The notes beneath the pieces were generated by a model. That model searched no databases. It saw nothing but the letters and a program-made list of their open reading frames with translations, and was not told the DNA's origin. A program made the position numbers and the translations under genes. Below, in pieces: positions 18,451-29,846 of a stretch of 64,000 nucleotides of DNA. The first letter of the stretch is position 1. Every line of letters starts with the position of its first letter. Where the stretch lies: contig CAMDUE010000009.1 of NCBI GenBank assembly GCA_945877575.1, positions 7,173 to 71,172 on the forward strand, in the 5' to 3' direction. This DNA comes from Chitinophaga pinensis (GTDB lineage Bacteria > Bacteroidota > Bacteroidia > NS11-12g > UBA955).

Positions 18451-19020
18451 TTAAAGATTCATCGTCTTTTCAACACCGTCGATCAAAGCATGAATGACTT
18501 TAATGTGTATTTCTTGAGCGCGATCTGCATAATCGCTTTTGGGAGCGCGAATTTCGAGGTCGCAAAGGTCTTTGATTTTTCCACCGTCTTTGCCGGTTAA
18601 GCCAATGATAGTCATCCCTAATTCTTTGGCTTTTTGCATGGCTAAGAAAACGTTTTGACTGTTGCCGCTGGTGGAAATTCCCAAAAGTACATCGCCGGGT
18701 TTTCCGTGTGCTTCTACAAATCTTGAAAAGATATAGTCATAGCCATAGTCATTTCCAACACAGGTTATGTGACTGCTATCGCTGATGGCTAGGGCAGGAA
18801 GGGCTTTACGGTTGTTTTTATAACGTCCGGTTAACTCTTCTGCAAAATGCATGGAATCGCAATGACTTCCGCCGTTACCGCAGGAAATAACTTTTCCTCC
18901 GTTTTCAAAACTGGTTGCCAAAATAGAGACAGCCTGATCAATTTTCCTAAAATTTTCTTCTTCAGAAAGAAATTGATTTAATACCGACTGAGCTTCTTGA
19001 AAATGTTGAATGGAACTCAT
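18451..19020 (-). CDS. gmhA: SIS-domain D-sedoheptulose-7-phosphate isomerase
   Basis: [16 protein letters not shown] and ISTSGNS motifs; GmhA length. Confidence 0.75.
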   Translation of the reverse strand: MSSIQHFQEAQSVLNQFLSEEENFRKIDQAVSILATSFENGGKVISCGNGGSHCDSMHFAEELTGRYKNNRKALPALAISDSSHITCVGNDYGYDYIFSRFVEAHGKPGDVLLGISTSGNSQNVFLAMQKAKELGMTIIGLTGKDGGKIKDLCDLEIRAPKSDYADRAQEIHIKVIHALIDGVEKTMNL

Positions 19021-21128
19021 TATTTGCTTCTTTTTGAGTATTCTGCAATTCCTTCTTCTAGGAACTTTTTGAAAGGTTCTACTTCGAATTGGAAATAATC
19101 GGCGCCTAGAGCAGGCTGCACCAATTCTTCATTGGCGTCAAGCAAACAGTAGAGCGGTTGAGTGGTTTTTCCAAAATAGTATTCTTGCAATTCTGCATTT
19201 TTGTCACCCAAAGTAGTGATTTGCTTTCCGGTAGAATGACTTTTGAAGAATTCGTTGGGTTGTAACTTGATTTTTTTGTCGTCAACGTATAATGAAACTA
19301 CTACAAATTTTTCTTTGAGTAATTTAAGTACTGTAGGATCTGACCATACTTTTTCTTCCATTTTACGGCAATTCACACAGCCATGACCTGTGAAATCAAT
19401 GAATAATGGTTTTCCTTGTTCACGCGCACATTTGAGAGCTTCATCGTAGTCGAAATAACTGTTGATTCCGTGAGGTGCGTGCAATAGATCAGCATATTTC
19501 GGGGTGAAGCAAGTTCCTTCTTTAGAATCGCTGGCGCGATCCATTCTGAAATCTTGTGTACTCATTGGAGGTAGATATCCAGCAAGCGCTTTTAAAGGCG
19601 CACCGAACATACCTGGAATCATATAAACTACAAAAGCGAAAACAGCGATGACGGTGGTTAATCTGAAAATCCCTAAATGTTCCATGGGTGAGTCGTGGTC
19701 AAATTTGATTTTACCCAACAAATACAATCCCAAGAGAGAAAAAATAACAATCCAAAGAGACAAATATACTTCGCGGTCCAAAATTCCCCAATGGTAGGTT
19801 TGGTCAGGAATGCTTAAGAACTTGAGGGCAAATGCTAATTCCACAAACCCTAGAACCACTTTAACGCTGTTTAGCCAACCACCGCTTTTGGGGAGTGAGT
19901 TCAACCATGAGGGGAAAAGCGCTAAAAGTCCAAAAGGAAGGGCAAATGCGAGTGAGAATCCAAACATTCCGACTATGGGACGTGAAGCGCCACCAGCAGC
20001 TGCTTCCACCAATACGGTACCAACAATAGGGCCAGTGCAAGAGAATGACACCAAGGCAATGGTGATTGCCATGAAGATAGCTCCGGTGATTCCACCCTTA
20101 TCGGCTTGTTTATCGGCTTTATTCACCACCCATGAGGGTAGGGTGATTTCGAAGGCTCCGAAGAAAGACGCTGCAAAAACCAAGAAAATCACCGTGAAGA
20201 AAATATTTGGAGCCCAGTGTGTGCTCATCCAATTGGCAGCGTTGGCTTGAAATAGGAAGGCTACAATGGTACCAATAACGGTATACAAGGCAATGATGGA
20301 GAACGCAAAAATGAACGAATCTCTGATGGCAATAGATCGATTTTTATTTCTAATGAAGAAAGAAACGGTCATTGGAATCATGGGGAAAACACATGGAGTC
20401 AACAGGGCTGTGAGTCCGCTCAAAAAAGCAAGAATAAAGAGTCCGAGCATTCCTCCTTCTTCTTCTGAAGCAGCTTGTCCGTTGAATGTTTTGGTAGATT
20501 TCAAATCTTTTGTTAGATAATCTGGTGCTTCGTTGCTCGGGATGTTTTTCTCGGGGGAAATTTCTTTTGCTGTGTCTTGAGCAGATGAGTTGTTTTCGGA
20601 AGGATTTTCGGGTGCAATGGCAGATGGGGCCGAAATGACTTCTCCGGTTACTTTCAAAGCAGGTGCATTTATGCCCATGTCTCTGAGGTTTTCGCAGCCA
20701 GATTCATTGCAAATTTGGCCGTTAAACACCATTTTTATACCTTGAATGGGGCCCAAAACTTTGATTTTTTGTCTGAATTCTCCTTTGCCAGTAAACTCTC
20801 CGGTGGAGCAATTCCAGATTTCGGTTTCCTTTACCATGTGATCTCCAACACCGTAGAATTTTCCTACTAATTGGTAAGATGAACTTGGGGTAAAGTCAAT
20901 GGTTGCTCTCAAAGGGCCATCGTATTCAGGGCAGTCGCTTTTTTCGCTGTACACGTGAAATCCGGGAGCAACATCAAATTGGATAATTAATTCAATGGTT
21001 TCACCCGTTTTTACTTCTGATTTACTATACTTCGCTTTGAAATTGGGTTTGGGAAATCCAGCAGCCCACGTATAGCTCACAAGTAAGGAAAGAACTATGA
21101 ATAGCCCTGATTTGGAGAGATTTTTCAT
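19020..21128 (-). CDS. dsbD: Thiol:disulfide interchange protein DsbD
   Basis: Signal peptide plus DsbD-alpha domain, a central 8-TM region with FSCTGP, and a C-terminal thioredoxin domain ([11 protein letters not shown]). It overlaps gmhA by 1 nt (TAATG). Confidence 0.85.
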   Translation of the reverse strand: MKNLSKSGLFIVLSLLVSYTWAAGFPKPNFKAKYSKSEVKTGETIELIIQFDVAPGFHVYSEKSDCPEYDGPLRATIDFTPSSSYQLVGKFYGVGDHMVKETEIWNCSTGEFTGKGEFRQKIKVLGPIQGIKMVFNGQICNESGCENLRDMGINAPALKVTGEVISAPSAIAPENPSENNSSAQDTAKEISPEKNIPSNEAPDYLTKDLKSTKTFNGQAASEEEGGMLGLFILAFLSGLTALLTPCVFPMIPMTVSFFIRNKNRSIAIRDSFIFAFSIIALYTVIGTIVAFLFQANAANWMSTHWAPNIFFTVIFLVFAASFFGAFEITLPSWVVNKADKQADKGGITGAIFMAITIALVSFSCTGPIVGTVLVEAAAGGASRPIVGMFGFSLAFALPFGLLALFPSWLNSLPKSGGWLNSVKVVLGFVELAFALKFLSIPDQTYHWGILDREVYLSLWIVIFSLLGLYLLGKIKFDHDSPMEHLGIFRLTTVIAVFAFVVYMIPGMFGAPLKALAGYLPPMSTQDFRMDRASDSKEGTCFTPKYADLLHAPHGINSYFDYDEALKCAREQGKPLFIDFTGHGCVNCRKMEEKVWSDPTVLKLLKEKFVVVSLYVDDKKIKLQPNEFFKSHSTGKQITTLGDKNAELQEYYFGKTTQPLYCLLDANEELVQPALGADYFQFEVEPFKKFLEEGIAEYSKRSK

Positions 21129-21202
21129 TATTTACAAAATTAGCACATATCCTCTTAATGTGAACAATTCATCGTTAAAGGAACCAACAAATCGTTTTAG
21201 GT

Positions 21203-22570
21203 TTGAAGACGAGCATGGAAATCAACAAGTTGCACAGATCTAAATTAATCATATTGTTTTTATTATTGGGATGTTTGTCGCTGCAAGCACAGACACGTAA
21301 ATCAATGAATACCAAAGAGTATGTAGATTCCTTCAAGCGGTATGCCATGTTAGAGATGAGTTTGAATGGCGTACCTGCGAGTATCACTTTGGCCCAAGGA
21401 ATTTTAGAAAGTGCCTCGGGAAATTCTAAGCTTTGTTTGGAGTGTAACAATCATTTTGGCATAAAATGTAGAAAAAATTGGAATGGGAATTTTTGTTTGG
21501 CCGATGATGATGCAAAAGATGAGTGCTTTAGAGGTTACGAGAGTCCCATAGAAAGCTACAGAGACCACTCGCTTTTTTTAAAAGGGAGTCAGAGATACGC
21601 TAGTTTGTTTGAATTGGACCCCACTGACTATAAATCTTGGTCTCACGGTTTGAGGGAGGCTGGATATGCAACAAATCCGGAATACGGAAATTTATTGATT
21701 AGAGTTATTGAGCGAAATCGTTTGGGTCAATACGATAGTATGGTAGTGCTCGGACAAGATTTCTATAAATCTGGAAGTTCTCCTGTAATTGAGTATAACG
21801 GGCTTCCTGCAGTGGCTGTGAGGCCGGGAAATACGGCTGCTGATATTGCCAAAGAAAACCAGTTGGCAGAATGGAAATTATACAAATACAATGATTTAGA
21901 GAAGAATCAGATGATCAATCCTGGTGAGATTTTATATTTGAAACCTAAGAGAACATCAGCACCTGAACAGGTTCACATCATGAAACGCGGTGAAACCTTA
22001 CACGATGTTTCACAGTTGTATGCCATCAAATTAAAATCTTTGAGGAAAATGAATCAATTGACCAACAATGAAGAGCCGGTAATAGGAGAAGAAATTTATT
22101 TGAGCGAAAAGCGTGAAACCAAGCCCAAAACAGTGAAAGGGCCAGTTCCCATGTCAACGGCGAGTACTATTATGCGACCGGCGGTTCAAAGTGCTTCAAA
22201 GAATATACCCAATACCCATGAAGTTCAGGCGGGAGAAACCATTGAGCAAATTGCTGATAAATATAAAACCTCGGTATTAAATATTGTTCGTTGGAATGAT
22301 TTGGAATTTGCTGAGGTGAGTACAGGACAGATTTTGGCATTGGCTCCGGGAGCAAAGGGAGGATCAAATATTCAATCGGTTTCGGATGCAAAGGTTCCTA
22401 TGAATGAAGTCAGTGCAGAACTTAAGAATGCGAGCATCCACTTTGTGAAGCCAGGAGAGACTTTATTCAGAATCAGTACTCAATATGGAGTATCTGTTGA
22501 TCAGATTAAAAAGTTGAACGGAATGACGAACAACGCCATTCGTGCAGGACAAAAGCTAAAGATTCGTTAA
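21203..22570 (+). CDS. Peptidoglycan hydrolase: N-acetylglucosaminidase (FlgJ-like glucosaminidase domain) with three C-terminal LysM repeats
   Basis: ITLAQGILESASGNSKL glucosaminidase motif and three LysM-like repeats (GETLHDVSQLY…, GETIEQIADKY…, GETLFRISTQY…). N-terminal signal peptide. Confidence 0.8.
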   Translation: MKTSMEINKLHRSKLIILFLLLGCLSLQAQTRKSMNTKEYVDSFKRYAMLEMSLNGVPASITLAQGILESASGNSKLCLECNNHFGIKCRKNWNGNFCLADDDAKDECFRGYESPIESYRDHSLFLKGSQRYASLFELDPTDYKSWSHGLREAGYATNPEYGNLLIRVIERNRLGQYDSMVVLGQDFYKSGSSPVIEYNGLPAVAVRPGNTAADIAKENQLAEWKLYKYNDLEKNQMINPGEILYLKPKRTSAPEQVHIMKRGETLHDVSQLYAIKLKSLRKMNQLTNNEEPVIGEEIYLSEKRETKPKTVKGPVPMSTASTIMRPAVQSASKNIPNTHEVQAGETIEQIADKYKTSVLNIVRWNDLEFAEVSTGQILALAPGAKGGSNIQSVSDAKVPMNEVSAELKNASIHFVKPGETLFRISTQYGVSVDQIKKLNGMTNNAIRAGQKLKIR

Positions 22571-22571
22571 G

Positions 22572-23840
22572 TTATTGGAGCACATAATGCATGGCAGAGC
22601 CCGTATTTTGCTGAAGCAGAATATGTCCTAAGCCATGAATATTCGCAGCATCTTTTTCGTTTTCCGTGGGTTTGTAAACGGTAAGAAGTTTTAGTCCTTC
22701 AATAACTTCAATGTCTAAATTGGAGTTGGAAAGGGCTTGAAGTAGGGGTTGATGCCTATTTTCTTTGTTGTCAATCACGCATCTGAGTTGAATGGCTGAA
22801 TTTTGCATGATATTCACTCGGATTTTATTTTCGCTGAAAACGGCAAAGATTTCACGCAGGTTGTCTTCGGCAATGAAGTTGAAGTCTTTGGTAGAGATAC
22901 AAAGCATCAATTGATTTTCTTTCAATATTTTGCAAGGCACGTTTATGGGTTGGCCGGAGTCAGATACCATGGTGCCGGGCAAATCTATATTCAAGAAGCT
23001 TTTAACAAAAAGTGGAATGTTTGAAGCTTTAAGAGGCTGAATGGTTTTGGGATGTATCACAGAAGCACCGTAATAGGCAAGTTCGATGGCATCATTGTAA
23101 GTGAGGTGGTCAATTTTTTGAGTATCTGGGAATTTTTTAGGGTCAGCGTTCATGACACCTTCTACGTCTTTCCAAATGGTTACACTTTCGGCGTTGAGGA
23201 GTTTACCGAAAATGGCGGCACTGTAGTCACTGCCTTCTCTTCCGAGGGTGGTAGACTCTCCTTTGGGCCCTTTACCCATAAATCCTTGGGTGATGATTAG
23301 ATTTTTCTGAGCCAATGGAAGTAAACGATTGATAACAACTCTCTCGGTGTCTGTCCAATCAACTCGTGCATCGCGATAGCGATCGTTGGTTAAGATGAAA
23401 TTTCGCGAATCTACCCATTGATTTCTGATTCCTTGAGAGAGCAAATAGTCACTTACAATTCTTGTTGAGATCAATTCTCCGTAAACAACGACTTGATCAT
23501 ACAAAAAATCATAGTCATCCTGTAAATTTTCATTGTCTACCAAACACTCCAATTCGAGGAACAAATTCTCTACTTCATTGACCCACATTAGTGCTGTTTC
23601 TGCGAACAATTCGTTGATGATTGTTTGATGTGAATGCCGCAGTTGAGAGAGTATTTCATGAAGGGTGTTTTTCTTGTGGAAGCAAGCATCTACTAGTGAT
23701 TCAAGAGCATTGGTGGTTTTGCCCATGGCGCTAATGACAACCAACAATTGGGCTGGATTTTCAGCGGAAATAATTCGGGCTACATTTTGAACCCCAGAGG
23801 CATCTTTAACAGACGCACCACCAAATTTGTAAATCTTCAT
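22572..23840 (-). CDS. lysC: Aspartate kinase (monofunctional)
   Basis: MKIYKFGGASV…VVISAMGKTTN kinase fold plus C-terminal ACT regions. Confidence 0.9.
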   Translation of the reverse strand: MKIYKFGGASVKDASGVQNVARIISAENPAQLLVVISAMGKTTNALESLVDACFHKKNTLHEILSQLRHSHQTIINELFAETALMWVNEVENLFLELECLVDNENLQDDYDFLYDQVVVYGELISTRIVSDYLLSQGIRNQWVDSRNFILTNDRYRDARVDWTDTERVVINRLLPLAQKNLIITQGFMGKGPKGESTTLGREGSDYSAAIFGKLLNAESVTIWKDVEGVMNADPKKFPDTQKIDHLTYNDAIELAYYGASVIHPKTIQPLKASNIPLFVKSFLNIDLPGTMVSDSGQPINVPCKILKENQLMLCISTKDFNFIAEDNLREIFAVFSENKIRVNIMQNSAIQLRCVIDNKENRHQPLLQALSNSNLDIEVIEGLKLLTVYKPTENEKDAANIHGLGHILLQQNTGSAMHYVLQ

Positions 23841-23914
23841 GAAATTATAAAGTCAAGGAAAACTGATGTTTTTTTAGTTGTTTTGCAAAATTAATTCTTA
23901 ATTCACAATTCCCT

Positions 23915-24943
23915 ATGCCCTATAGCAATGAAATCATAACATTAGAACAGTTTATCGTAGATCAACAAGCATTGTATAAAGATGCTGGTGGATCTTTGAG
24001 TCGGATATTTCGTTCTATCGAACTAGCTGCTAAGGTAGTGAATAGAGATGTAAGAAAGGCAGGCCTTGTTGATATCCTCGGAAACCAAGGAAGCACAAAT
24101 ACACACGGCGAAGATCAAAAGAAGTTAGACGTTATTGCCAATGATCGTTTTATCAATGCGTTATCGAAAAGTGGAGAAGTAAGCGTAGTGATATCTGAAG
24201 AAAATGATGAACCTATTTTTGTGGAGGGATCTGAGGAAGAGAAGTACATTGTGGCTATTGATCCCTTAGATGGAAGTTCAAACATTGATGTAAACGCGAG
24301 TATCGGAACTATTTTTTCTATTTATCGCAGACCTTCTTCGTCAAAAGTTGCCAATGAGAAGGATCTCTATCAAAAGGGTAAGCACCAAGTTGCAGCAGGA
24401 TATGTGATTTATGGCTCTAGCACCATGCTGGTATATACCACAGGGTTGGGCGTTAATGGATTTACCTTAGACGATAGCATCCAAGAGTTTTGCTTATCTC
24501 ATCCAAACATTCAGATTCCTACAGACGGAAAGATATTCAGCGTAAATGAAGGAAATTATTCAGAGTTTCCTCAGGGGGTGAAGAACTACGTTGAATATTG
24601 CAAAAGCAACGATAAAGAAACCCATAGACCCTACGGCGCTCGTTATATTGGAAGTTTGATTGCTGATTTTCACCGAAATCTATTGAAAGGTGGCATTTTC
24701 TTGTATCCTCCTACAGCAAAAACCCCCAATGGTAAGCTAAGATTGATGTACGAATGCAATCCTATGTCGTTTATAATTGAACAAGCCGGTGGGAAATCAT
24801 CTACGGGTACAGCTCGAATTTTAGATGTTGAGCCTACTGATTTGCACCAAAGAGTTCCCATTTTTATTGGGTCAGCGAATATGGTTGATTTGGCGGTAAA
24901 AATGTTCCAAGAAGCCGAAGTAACCATAGCGGAACAGGCTTAA
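23915..24943 (+). CDS. fbp: Fructose-1,6-bisphosphatase class 1
   Basis: [11 protein letters not shown] metal-binding motif and [12 protein letters not shown]. Confidence 0.9.
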   Translation: MPYSNEIITLEQFIVDQQALYKDAGGSLSRIFRSIELAAKVVNRDVRKAGLVDILGNQGSTNTHGEDQKKLDVIANDRFINALSKSGEVSVVISEENDEPIFVEGSEEEKYIVAIDPLDGSSNIDVNASIGTIFSIYRRPSSSKVANEKDLYQKGKHQVAAGYVIYGSSTMLVYTTGLGVNGFTLDDSIQEFCLSHPNIQIPTDGKIFSVNEGNYSEFPQGVKNYVEYCKSNDKETHRPYGARYIGSLIADFHRNLLKGGIFLYPPTAKTPNGKLRLMYECNPMSFIIEQAGGKSSTGTARILDVEPTDLHQRVPIFIGSANMVDLAVKMFQEAEVTIAEQA

Positions 24944-25572
24944 AATCCTTCAAAAATTTCTAGACTTTTTAATTTTTTGTCTGGGAAAGCATAATATTTT
25001 AACTGATTTAAAACTTCATTCAGTACCAATCTTCTTTGTTCCTGGTTTAGATTGATTGCTTGTTGGTTTTCCAACTCATCAAGCGCGGTGATTATCCAAC
25101 TGGGGGTGTAAAATTGTTGCCAGTCTAATTCATATCCGAGTCCTCGACAAACATTCAATACGAATTGAATAGGCAAATATTTCAATTGACTTTTATTGGC
25201 GGAATTCAGTTTGTCAAACTCATTCAATACCAACTGAAAGAAAATAGCATCTGGAAAATGTTCATGTACACACAGCGAGATCAGTTCAGTGTAAAAGAAT
25301 TTCACTTGCTGAATATCCATGGCATCAGGTACAATGGATGTTTTTAATGCAGATATTTCCTTTATTCTCAATAATCCCGGCGACTGTTTTACGGTATACA
25401 CCAATTCAACAGCAGTGCCTGATTGGTAATAGGCATTTTTGCTTTTGGCTTTTCCCAATCCTTGAACGAGAAAAGCTGCTAGACCTGATAATTCTGTGTA
25501 AATGTGCACCACCGCCGAATGATCGGTGTAGGGAATGCGTTTTATGACAATGCCTTTGGTCTTGACCAACAT
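24940..25572 (-). CDS. recO: DNA repair protein RecO (probable)
   Basis: N-terminal OB fold typical of RecO ([34 protein letters not shown]). The size fits Bacteroidetes RecO. Confidence 0.55.
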   Translation of the reverse strand: MLVKTKGIVIKRIPYTDHSAVVHIYTELSGLAAFLVQGLGKAKSKNAYYQSGTAVELVYTVKQSPGLLRIKEISALKTSIVPDAMDIQQVKFFYTELISLCVHEHFPDAIFFQLVLNEFDKLNSANKSQLKYLPIQFVLNVCRGLGYELDWQQFYTPSWIITALDELENQQAINLNQEQRRLVLNEVLNQLKYYAFPDKKLKSLEIFEGF

Positions 25573-25590
25573 CTGCGACCAAAAATAAAA

Positions 25591-26739
25591 TCAATCTACC
25601 CAGTCTGCAATAAAAAGATTGGTATCACGCGTTCCGCCGTTGTTGCGGTTTGAACTAAAGATCAATTTTTTACCGTCAGGCGAAAACATGGGGAAGGCGT
25701 TGAATATGCTGTTATTGGTGATTTTTTCAAGCCCGGTTCCGTCTAAATTTATCATATACAACTGGAAGTCATAACCTCTGGTTGAATGATGGTTGCTGGA
25801 GAAGATGATTTTTTTGCCGTTAGGGTGAAAAAATGGTGCCCAGTTCGCTTTTCCCAGTTTAGTGATTTGTTTTAAATCGCTTCCATCTAAATTTACTGTG
25901 TAAATTTCCATGTTGGTAGGAGCAACTAGATTTTTAGATAAGTAATCTTTGTATTTTTTAATTTCTTCTTCTGTTTGGGGACGTGAAGCTCTAAAAACCA
26001 ACTTCTTAGAGTCTGGCGAGAAAAATGCTCCGCCGTCATACCCTAAACCGTTGGTTATTTGGCGTTGATTTTTGCCGTCAATATCCATGATCCAAAGTTC
26101 AAGATCACCTGATCTGGTGCTCGTGAAAACAATAGATTTTCCATCAGGAGAAACGGTTGCTTCGGCGTCGTAACCGGTTTGATTGGTCAATTGATTGACG
26201 ATTTTTCCTGTTTTATCTGAAACGAAAATATCAAAATCTCTGTAAATGGGCCAAAGATATGCGCCAGAAGTTTCAGGCGTTGGTGGACATTCCTTGGCAC
26301 CTAAATGCGTGCTTGCGTAAACCAATTGTGAATCACCTGGCATGAAATAAGAACATGTAGTTCTACCAAGGCCTGTGCTAACCATGGCAGGTTTGTAATC
26401 AGCTGAGCCCATTTCTGACAGTTTAGTCCAAAAAATCTGATCGCATTGAAGCCCCCACTTGGCGTTGTTGCTTTGAAAAACGATGGATGAGTTGTCAAAA
26501 CTAAAATATGCTTCCGCATTGTCACCACCGAATGTAAGTTGTTTTAAATTTTTCAGGTGTGGTTCTGGGTGTGTTGCAGGTTCAGTGGCAATGTTTTGTT
26601 TGTATTCCTTAGAAATGCCGTGGCCATGACCTTCATGTCCTTGCTGGGCTTGTTGGGCATTCAAAGTGGTTGCCGCAAAAAAGCTCAAGCCGAAGTATAG
26701 GGTGATTTTTTTCATGTATTTTATTTTAACACTTCCCAA
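25591..26739 (-). CDS. Secreted TolB-like PD40 beta-propeller protein with a His-rich N-terminal segment
   Basis: Repeated PD40 motifs (VSPDGKSIVFTSTRSGDLELW; FFSPDSKKLVFRA; MFSPDGKKLIFSSNR). Signal peptide; the likely start is Met9. A GHEGHGHG stretch follows the signal peptide. Confidence 0.7.
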   Translation of the reverse strand: MGSVKIKYMKKITLYFGLSFFAATTLNAQQAQQGHEGHGHGISKEYKQNIATEPATHPEPHLKNLKQLTFGGDNAEAYFSFDNSSIVFQSNNAKWGLQCDQIFWTKLSEMGSADYKPAMVSTGLGRTTCSYFMPGDSQLVYASTHLGAKECPPTPETSGAYLWPIYRDFDIFVSDKTGKIVNQLTNQTGYDAEATVSPDGKSIVFTSTRSGDLELWIMDIDGKNQRQITNGLGYDGGAFFSPDSKKLVFRASRPQTEEEIKKYKDYLSKNLVAPTNMEIYTVNLDGSDLKQITKLGKANWAPFFHPNGKKIIFSSNHHSTRGYDFQLYMINLDGTGLEKITNNSIFNAFPMFSPDGKKLIFSSNRNNGGTRDTNLFIADWVD

Positions 26740-27779
26740 GCCATTTTAGGGTATCCTTTACGGCCTTGATCGTCATAAAAGTCAATGAATCTCATTTTGA
26801 ACCAGTTGCCAGATTCAGTTTTTAGAAGGAAATATTTGTTTTGAACGATGGTGTACTTTGCTGAGTTTTGATCATAGACTTTCCAATCATAGCCAATTTC
26901 ATTGAGTGTCTTACCCATAGAAAAACTTTGTGCCAATTCTTTGGTCATGTTATCAAACGATATGCCGGAGGTATTTGAATTGATTTCACAAACGGATATT
27001 TTATGTTGGTTGATTAAAGCTCCACGAATGATATAGGGATAAGGTTGTCCGTTTACATCGTGAATGGATTCTTTGTACGTCGTAAAAACTATGTCCCATT
27101 TATTGTTTTTGATGGGTTCGTTTTCAACGGTTTTTAAAGTTCCAAAATTGAAGTACGTGTAATTGTACTCTGGATTGGTGTATATTTTGGTGATGTTTAT
27201 TTTGGATGGATTAAAAACGTAGGTCCATTGAAATTCATACATTCCACCTCTTACAGACAAGAATTTAATTTTAATGAATCTATTAGCAACAATTGAGTCT
27301 GAGCCTAAATCTAAAACGTATGTTTCATTGGGATTGCCTTCATAGCCGTTTGCATTGGGTTGGAAACAGTTGGAAGTTACCAAAGAGTCAATGTGTCCGT
27401 TAGGATTATCAAATCCCCAATTGAGTTTTGACATTTGCAGTGAATGGAGATCATCGAAGTGTGTGTCAGTAACTTTAGCTAATGCGTAGCTGGTGCTTTT
27501 ACCTGCACAAACAATGACGTGTGGTGTTCCATTGCAGGCAAAGCCCAAGTCCCACTGACCAAAAAAGTTGGTGGTTTTGGTTTGCGTTTCGAAGTCAAAA
27601 TACAATTGATTGCTGTAGGTTTCACCCATTTCGAATGTTTGAGTTTGCAGTCCATCAGCGACTTTGGGTTGAGGATACAAGGGTTCGTCTTTTTCGCAGG
27701 AAGTGAAAAACACTGCGAACAAAACCAGAAGAGCGAGGCTGGCTTTTGAAAATAAGTGATTGAAAAATGAAACTAACAA
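26721..27779 (-). CDS. Lipoprotein, HmuY-like domain (paralogue of the T9SS protein at 29847-31130)
   Basis: Lipobox FFTSC. It shares the motifs QWDLGF / KWDIVFTTY with the 427-aa protein (QWDFSW / DWHLNFTRY). The HmuY assignment is inferred from these motifs plus the position beside a TonB-dependent receptor. Confidence 0.45.
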   Translation of the reverse strand: MLVSFFNHLFSKASLALLVLFAVFFTSCEKDEPLYPQPKVADGLQTQTFEMGETYSNQLYFDFETQTKTTNFFGQWDLGFACNGTPHVIVCAGKSTSYALAKVTDTHFDDLHSLQMSKLNWGFDNPNGHIDSLVTSNCFQPNANGYEGNPNETYVLDLGSDSIVANRFIKIKFLSVRGGMYEFQWTYVFNPSKINITKIYTNPEYNYTYFNFGTLKTVENEPIKNNKWDIVFTTYKESIHDVNGQPYPYIIRGALINQHKISVCEINSNTSGISFDNMTKELAQSFSMGKTLNEIGYDWKVYDQNSAKYTIVQNKYFLLKTESGNWFKMRFIDFYDDQGRKGYPKMAWEVLK

Positions 27780-27785
27780 AATGAA

Positions 27786-29819
27786 TTACAAATTTACGGT
27801 AAGCTGAACAAATAAAATCCTACCCATACCAATGTTTACACCCCCATTACTGTTATTGTGAACACCTCCAGTTTGAGCAGTTGCAACTAATTGATTCACA
27901 TTGAAGATGTTTTTTGCACCCCATTGAAATTGAGCTTTGTTGAATAAATTATAGCTAAAACTAAGGTCAGCAAGAGTAAAGGAGGGCAAAGAATATATTT
28001 CACCATTAGAAGTGAACCCTTGCGTTTTGCCTGAGAAACGGCTAAACCAAAGTACATTGGTGTTATAATTTTTAATGGGATATTGAATGTTTAGAGTATG
28101 CTGAAACACTCGCCATTCATTGAGTCCGCCATCAACATTGACTCTTGCATGATTTTGAATGAATGATGAGTTCCATGTGAAGGTAGCATCGTAAATAAAA
28201 AATTCAGATGAGATATTGACACCGCTAGAAGTCATTTCACCAATGTTGATATATTGATACATGGTGGTATTGGGATCTACCAAACTCAATTGAATTTGGT
28301 TATTGATGGAGTTGTAAAAGCTCGAAAGTTTAAATTGAGCTGCAATGTTTTTATTGATGGTGTGACGATAATCAAGGGAGGCAATAAAGTTGTGAGAATT
28401 TTCAGCTTGTAGGTTCTCGTTGCCTTGAACGTTATGATTGATATCTACAAACAAAAAATACATTTCTTTTGCTGTAGGGGCTCTAAATCCTCGAGCATAA
28501 GATGCTCGGAATTGAGTAAATTTCGAAATTTGATATTTGATTTGAAAAGAAGGTATGATGGGAGCGAATTTTAAGTGATTATTGAAGATTGCAGGAGCTA
28601 TTGCAGTACCAAAAGCATTGTTGTAGGCAATTCTTAATGAGGGTTTCAGATTGATTTTTTGGGTAGGTTTGAATTCGAGTGATCCAAATAAGGCCGCATC
28701 CCAGATGGGTTGAAACTTTTGGATTCTCTGTCCGGTGATATCTTCACGTTGAACATCATAACCAGCCATGAAAACAAACTTTTTGAATTTGTTGTTTTCC
28801 CAGAGAGCACGCAGATTCAATAGTGTATTTAAGGTAGTGTCTTGGTCAGAGGGTCTTGTAACCACTTCTGAGCCGGTAACTAAATTGCGACGAACATTGA
28901 TTTTTTCTCGATGATATACATTGAAGGCATTTTGAAAGCGAAAACTGTTGTTTGCATTCATTTTATAGTCAACAATGTAACCAATATCAGCTCGTTGAGT
29001 GTAGAAATAGTTGTTGTAACCAGTTACTCCAATCAAATTGAACTCGGCATTGGAGCGATCTGTTAATTTTTCGTGGAAGTAGTTTAAGTTGATTTTGTGG
29101 GTTGTCTTTTTTGTTTTGTATCCCCAACCCGCATTTCCAAACCATTTGATTTTTGGCTTCCAATCTACCATTCTGTTATCTGCATTGAAGTCAAAGCCCT
29201 CAAAAAACTGTCTTCCAACGTTGATTTCTAACCACTGATTTTTTGTATAGAAGTACTTTATGCCAGCATCTTGATTGATGTTTTTGGCGCCGTCAAAATA
29301 GGCTTTTGCGAAATAAGAATTTCGGTTGTTCAATGGGGTTTTGGTGATGATGTTTATAACACCACCTATAGCATCTGTGCCATACACTACGCTCATAGGA
29401 CCTTCAACTACTTCAATTCGTTCAATACTTTCGGTTGGGATTTGAGAAACATCAATATTTCCATTTAATCGGCCAACCATGGGAATTCCATTAACTAAAA
29501 TTTTAACGTTTTGTCCTCCCAATCCCTGAAGTTTAACAGATGAACCTAAACTTGGGTCGTTTGAAATAATCATGGACGATTGATTGTTTAAAACTTCATT
29601 TAAGTTCTGAGCAGCCATATTTTTGATGGTTTTAGAATTAATGACTTGAACAGAGTATGGGTTGTCAGTTGCTAAGCGAGGATTTACTGAAGCAGTTATA
29701 CTGACGGGGTTGATTAATTCCACTGAAGAGTCAATGGCACTAGATGAACGCAAAGAATTTTGGGAGTGCAATGTGTTTAGCACTCCCAAAATTAAAAATA
29801 TGATTAGCGTTCTTTTCAA
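27786..29819 (-). CDS. TonB-dependent outer-membrane receptor (HmuR/BtuB size class)
   Basis: Signal peptide, TonB-box-like PVSITAS, plug domain (IERIEVVEGPMSVVYGTDAIGGVINIITK) and a 22-strand barrel length. Confidence 0.9.
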   Translation of the reverse strand: MKRTLIIFLILGVLNTLHSQNSLRSSSAIDSSVELINPVSITASVNPRLATDNPYSVQVINSKTIKNMAAQNLNEVLNNQSSMIISNDPSLGSSVKLQGLGGQNVKILVNGIPMVGRLNGNIDVSQIPTESIERIEVVEGPMSVVYGTDAIGGVINIITKTPLNNRNSYFAKAYFDGAKNINQDAGIKYFYTKNQWLEINVGRQFFEGFDFNADNRMVDWKPKIKWFGNAGWGYKTKKTTHKINLNYFHEKLTDRSNAEFNLIGVTGYNNYFYTQRADIGYIVDYKMNANNSFRFQNAFNVYHREKINVRRNLVTGSEVVTRPSDQDTTLNTLLNLRALWENNKFKKFVFMAGYDVQREDITGQRIQKFQPIWDAALFGSLEFKPTQKINLKPSLRIAYNNAFGTAIAPAIFNNHLKFAPIIPSFQIKYQISKFTQFRASYARGFRAPTAKEMYFLFVDINHNVQGNENLQAENSHNFIASLDYRHTINKNIAAQFKLSSFYNSINNQIQLSLVDPNTTMYQYINIGEMTSSGVNISSEFFIYDATFTWNSSFIQNHARVNVDGGLNEWRVFQHTLNIQYPIKNYNTNVLWFSRFSGKTQGFTSNGEIYSLPSFTLADLSFSYNLFNKAQFQWGAKNIFNVNQLVATAQTGGVHNNSNGGVNIGMGRILFVQLTVNL

Positions 29820-29846
29820 GTGATTGATTTAATGCTCAAATGAGAA